The notes beneath the pieces were generated by a model. It searched no databases, was not told the origin of the DNA, and was given only the letters and a program-made list of their open reading frames with translations. A stretch of DNA of 61,537 nucleotides, the filler included. It is 14 parts of 14 records of this genome, joined end to end, with 100 filler letters (N's around TTAATTAATTAA, not from the genome) between each part and the next. Parts side by side here need not be neighbours in the genome. Positions count along the whole stretch, not along the records: positions 56,805 to 61,537 come from SRR7504441_69091; 13 more parts are not named here. One strand, given 5' to 3'. The position numbers and the translations under genes were made by a program. This document shows positions 60,101 to 61,537 of the stretch, piece after piece (positions within the stretch are counted from its first letter, which is position 1; every line of letters begins with the position of its first letter).

Positions 60101-61406
60101 TTCCTGCGTCCGTTCCCGAGTCTCGAACACTGCAGCAGCCAGTGTGATACCAAGCAGCGCTGTCAGCCCAAGCCTGACTCCAAACATCCCAAGTCGGCGC
60201 GTCCCAAGCCTCCACTGCCGGCGGACAAGCGCGCACAGCACCGCGCAGGGCCGGCTGTTGGTGGGGCTCGGGAGGGTGGCCGGGCTCTTGGCCACCAGCA
60301 TGGTGAGGATCCTATTAGAGCACTCGTCTGCCTTGCAGTCCCCAAGCAGCTGCTCCAGTTTAAACGGGTCGCCGAAATCGGGGCTGATCGCGTCTATGAT
60401 GAACTCGGCAGCCGAGTTGGAGCGGCTCCTGGGGTGGCCCTTCTCTTGGAAGAAGGCGGCGGCTCGGCTTGCGGGGCCGGTGTAGGCGATCTGTCCCGCG
60501 GAGAGCAGAATTAGCCTCTCGAAGCAGTCAAACACTTGGTCGGAGGGCTGATGAAATGATGAGACCAGCAGCATTTGGCTCGATCGGGCCGTCTCTTTGA
60601 GCAGCAACGTCATCTGTTCGGCCGAGGACGAATCCAACCCGGAAAGTGGATCGTCCAGCAGCAGCACGAGCGGCTTCTTGACCAGGGCAAGACCCACTGC
60701 CAGCCGCTTGAGCTGGCCCGACGACAGATCGGCCACTCGACAGTTGCAGTAGCACAGCAGCCCGAGCCTCGCGGCCACGGCCCGGCAGGACGCCTCGTGG
60801 TCGTCATCTGAGTTGTGCAGCGCCGCGTGGAACATGAGAGATTCACTCAGCGTCAAGTCTGGCCAAAGCAACCACCCGCCATTGTCCGAAACCGAGGCGC
60901 AGTGCCGCGCGAACAGGTCAGGGGTGAGCTCCTGGCCGCACAGAGTGAGCCTTCCACTAGCCAGTCCACCCGCAGCCCGGCCCGGCATTCGGAGCGAGAG
61001 CAGGTCCATCAAGGTGCTCTTGCCGCTCCCAGAGGGGCCCATGACGCTGAGCATCTCACCGGCCGACGCGACCCCGCTCACTCCACGCAGGATGGCCACC
61101 CGGCGCGATTCAAAGCAGATCTCGTACCCGAGGTTGCGGAAGACGAGTTCAGTTCGGTCCGGAGCCCACCGCTGCTCAAGATCCTGGCCAGAGGCTCGCC
61201 CTCGGTCCGGGCAAGCGCGCAAGACCGGCAGGATGTACTCGTCGGGCTTGGCTTGACTTGGATCGGCGGGTCGGAGCTCCTGTCCGGAATCGGCCGGGTC
61301 GGGACGAGGGGGGGGCACCTCGGCCGGATGGCCAGGGCTCTGTTGCCCGGTCTGGCGCGGAGGGGGCTGTCCAAAGTTAAGCCGACACGGCTAGGGGAGG
61401 CACCAT
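57117..61406 (-). CDS. Full-length ABCG/PDR-type transporter (NBD-TMD)x2
   Basis: GPSGSGKS/LSSGQ/LLLDDP and GPSGAGKS/LSTGQ/LLLDEPTTG, each followed by a TMD. ATG at 61406 is followed directly by an intron; the last exon ends at 57117. Confidence 0.93.
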
Positions 61407-61537
61407 GGTCCCGGCGGTATGCCCCGGCGTGCCCGGGGTCTCTAGCGGGGAAGAACCTGCCGCAAGATCAAGCTCGGCGGCCAAGGCCGAGACGGAGCGA
61501 TCGGAACGTGGAGGGCAGGCTTAGCGCCCTGGGGGGG

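Noticed and set aside
326-61402. Introns as introner or MITE elements
   Set aside because: Intron sequences are mutually dissimilar, with no shared terminal inverted repeats or target-site duplications. Occasional 5-bp stems are expected at this GC content.
1-61537. Prokaryotic defence island, operon, CRISPR array or viral insert suggested by HNH, methyltransferase, DUF285 and GHKL genes
   Set aside because: Most of these genes carry spliceosomal introns or sit beside clearly eukaryotic genes on separate contigs. I saw no repeat-spacer array, integrase, transposase or capsid gene.

Overview
This window is not one locus. It is 14 separate contigs joined by an artificial 100-nt spacer (44 N + TTAATTAATTAA + 44 N), so gene neighbourhood is only meaningful within a contig. 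The DNA is from a compact, GC-rich eukaryotic (protist-like) nuclear genome that I cannot assign to a taxon. Genes are closely packed, often head-to-head, and carry many very short spliceosomal introns (mostly 36-52 nt, GT-AG, at least two GC-AG, little polypyrimidine tract). By splicing ORFs by hand I recover about 27 genes or gene fragments. They include a FN3/IPT multi-TM receptor, a NO VEIN/sacsin-like GHKL ATPase, a Tudor-flanked divergent DNMT3-like methyltransferase, a Legionella PlcA/B/C-type zinc phospholipase C, DUF285, ankyrin, DUF5690, GH51, OTU, GH39-like and patatin proteins, a Cys-rich protein with a duplicated helical domain, a MOV10/SDE3 helicase next to a Tudor-HNH nuclease fusion, a Kv channel, SMARCAD1/Fun30, a MYND-LRR-RING-propeller protein, a double ubiquitin-like protein, a METTL21-like methyltransferase and a full-length ABCG transporter. 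I saw no RNA genes, CRISPR arrays or mobile elements. All family calls come from motif recognition by eye, not database searches. The best leads are the DNMT3-like reader/writer, the Tudor-HNH plus MOV10 pair, the pro-peptide-bearing Zn-PLC, the possible processed polyprotein, and the many in-frame stop-free introns.
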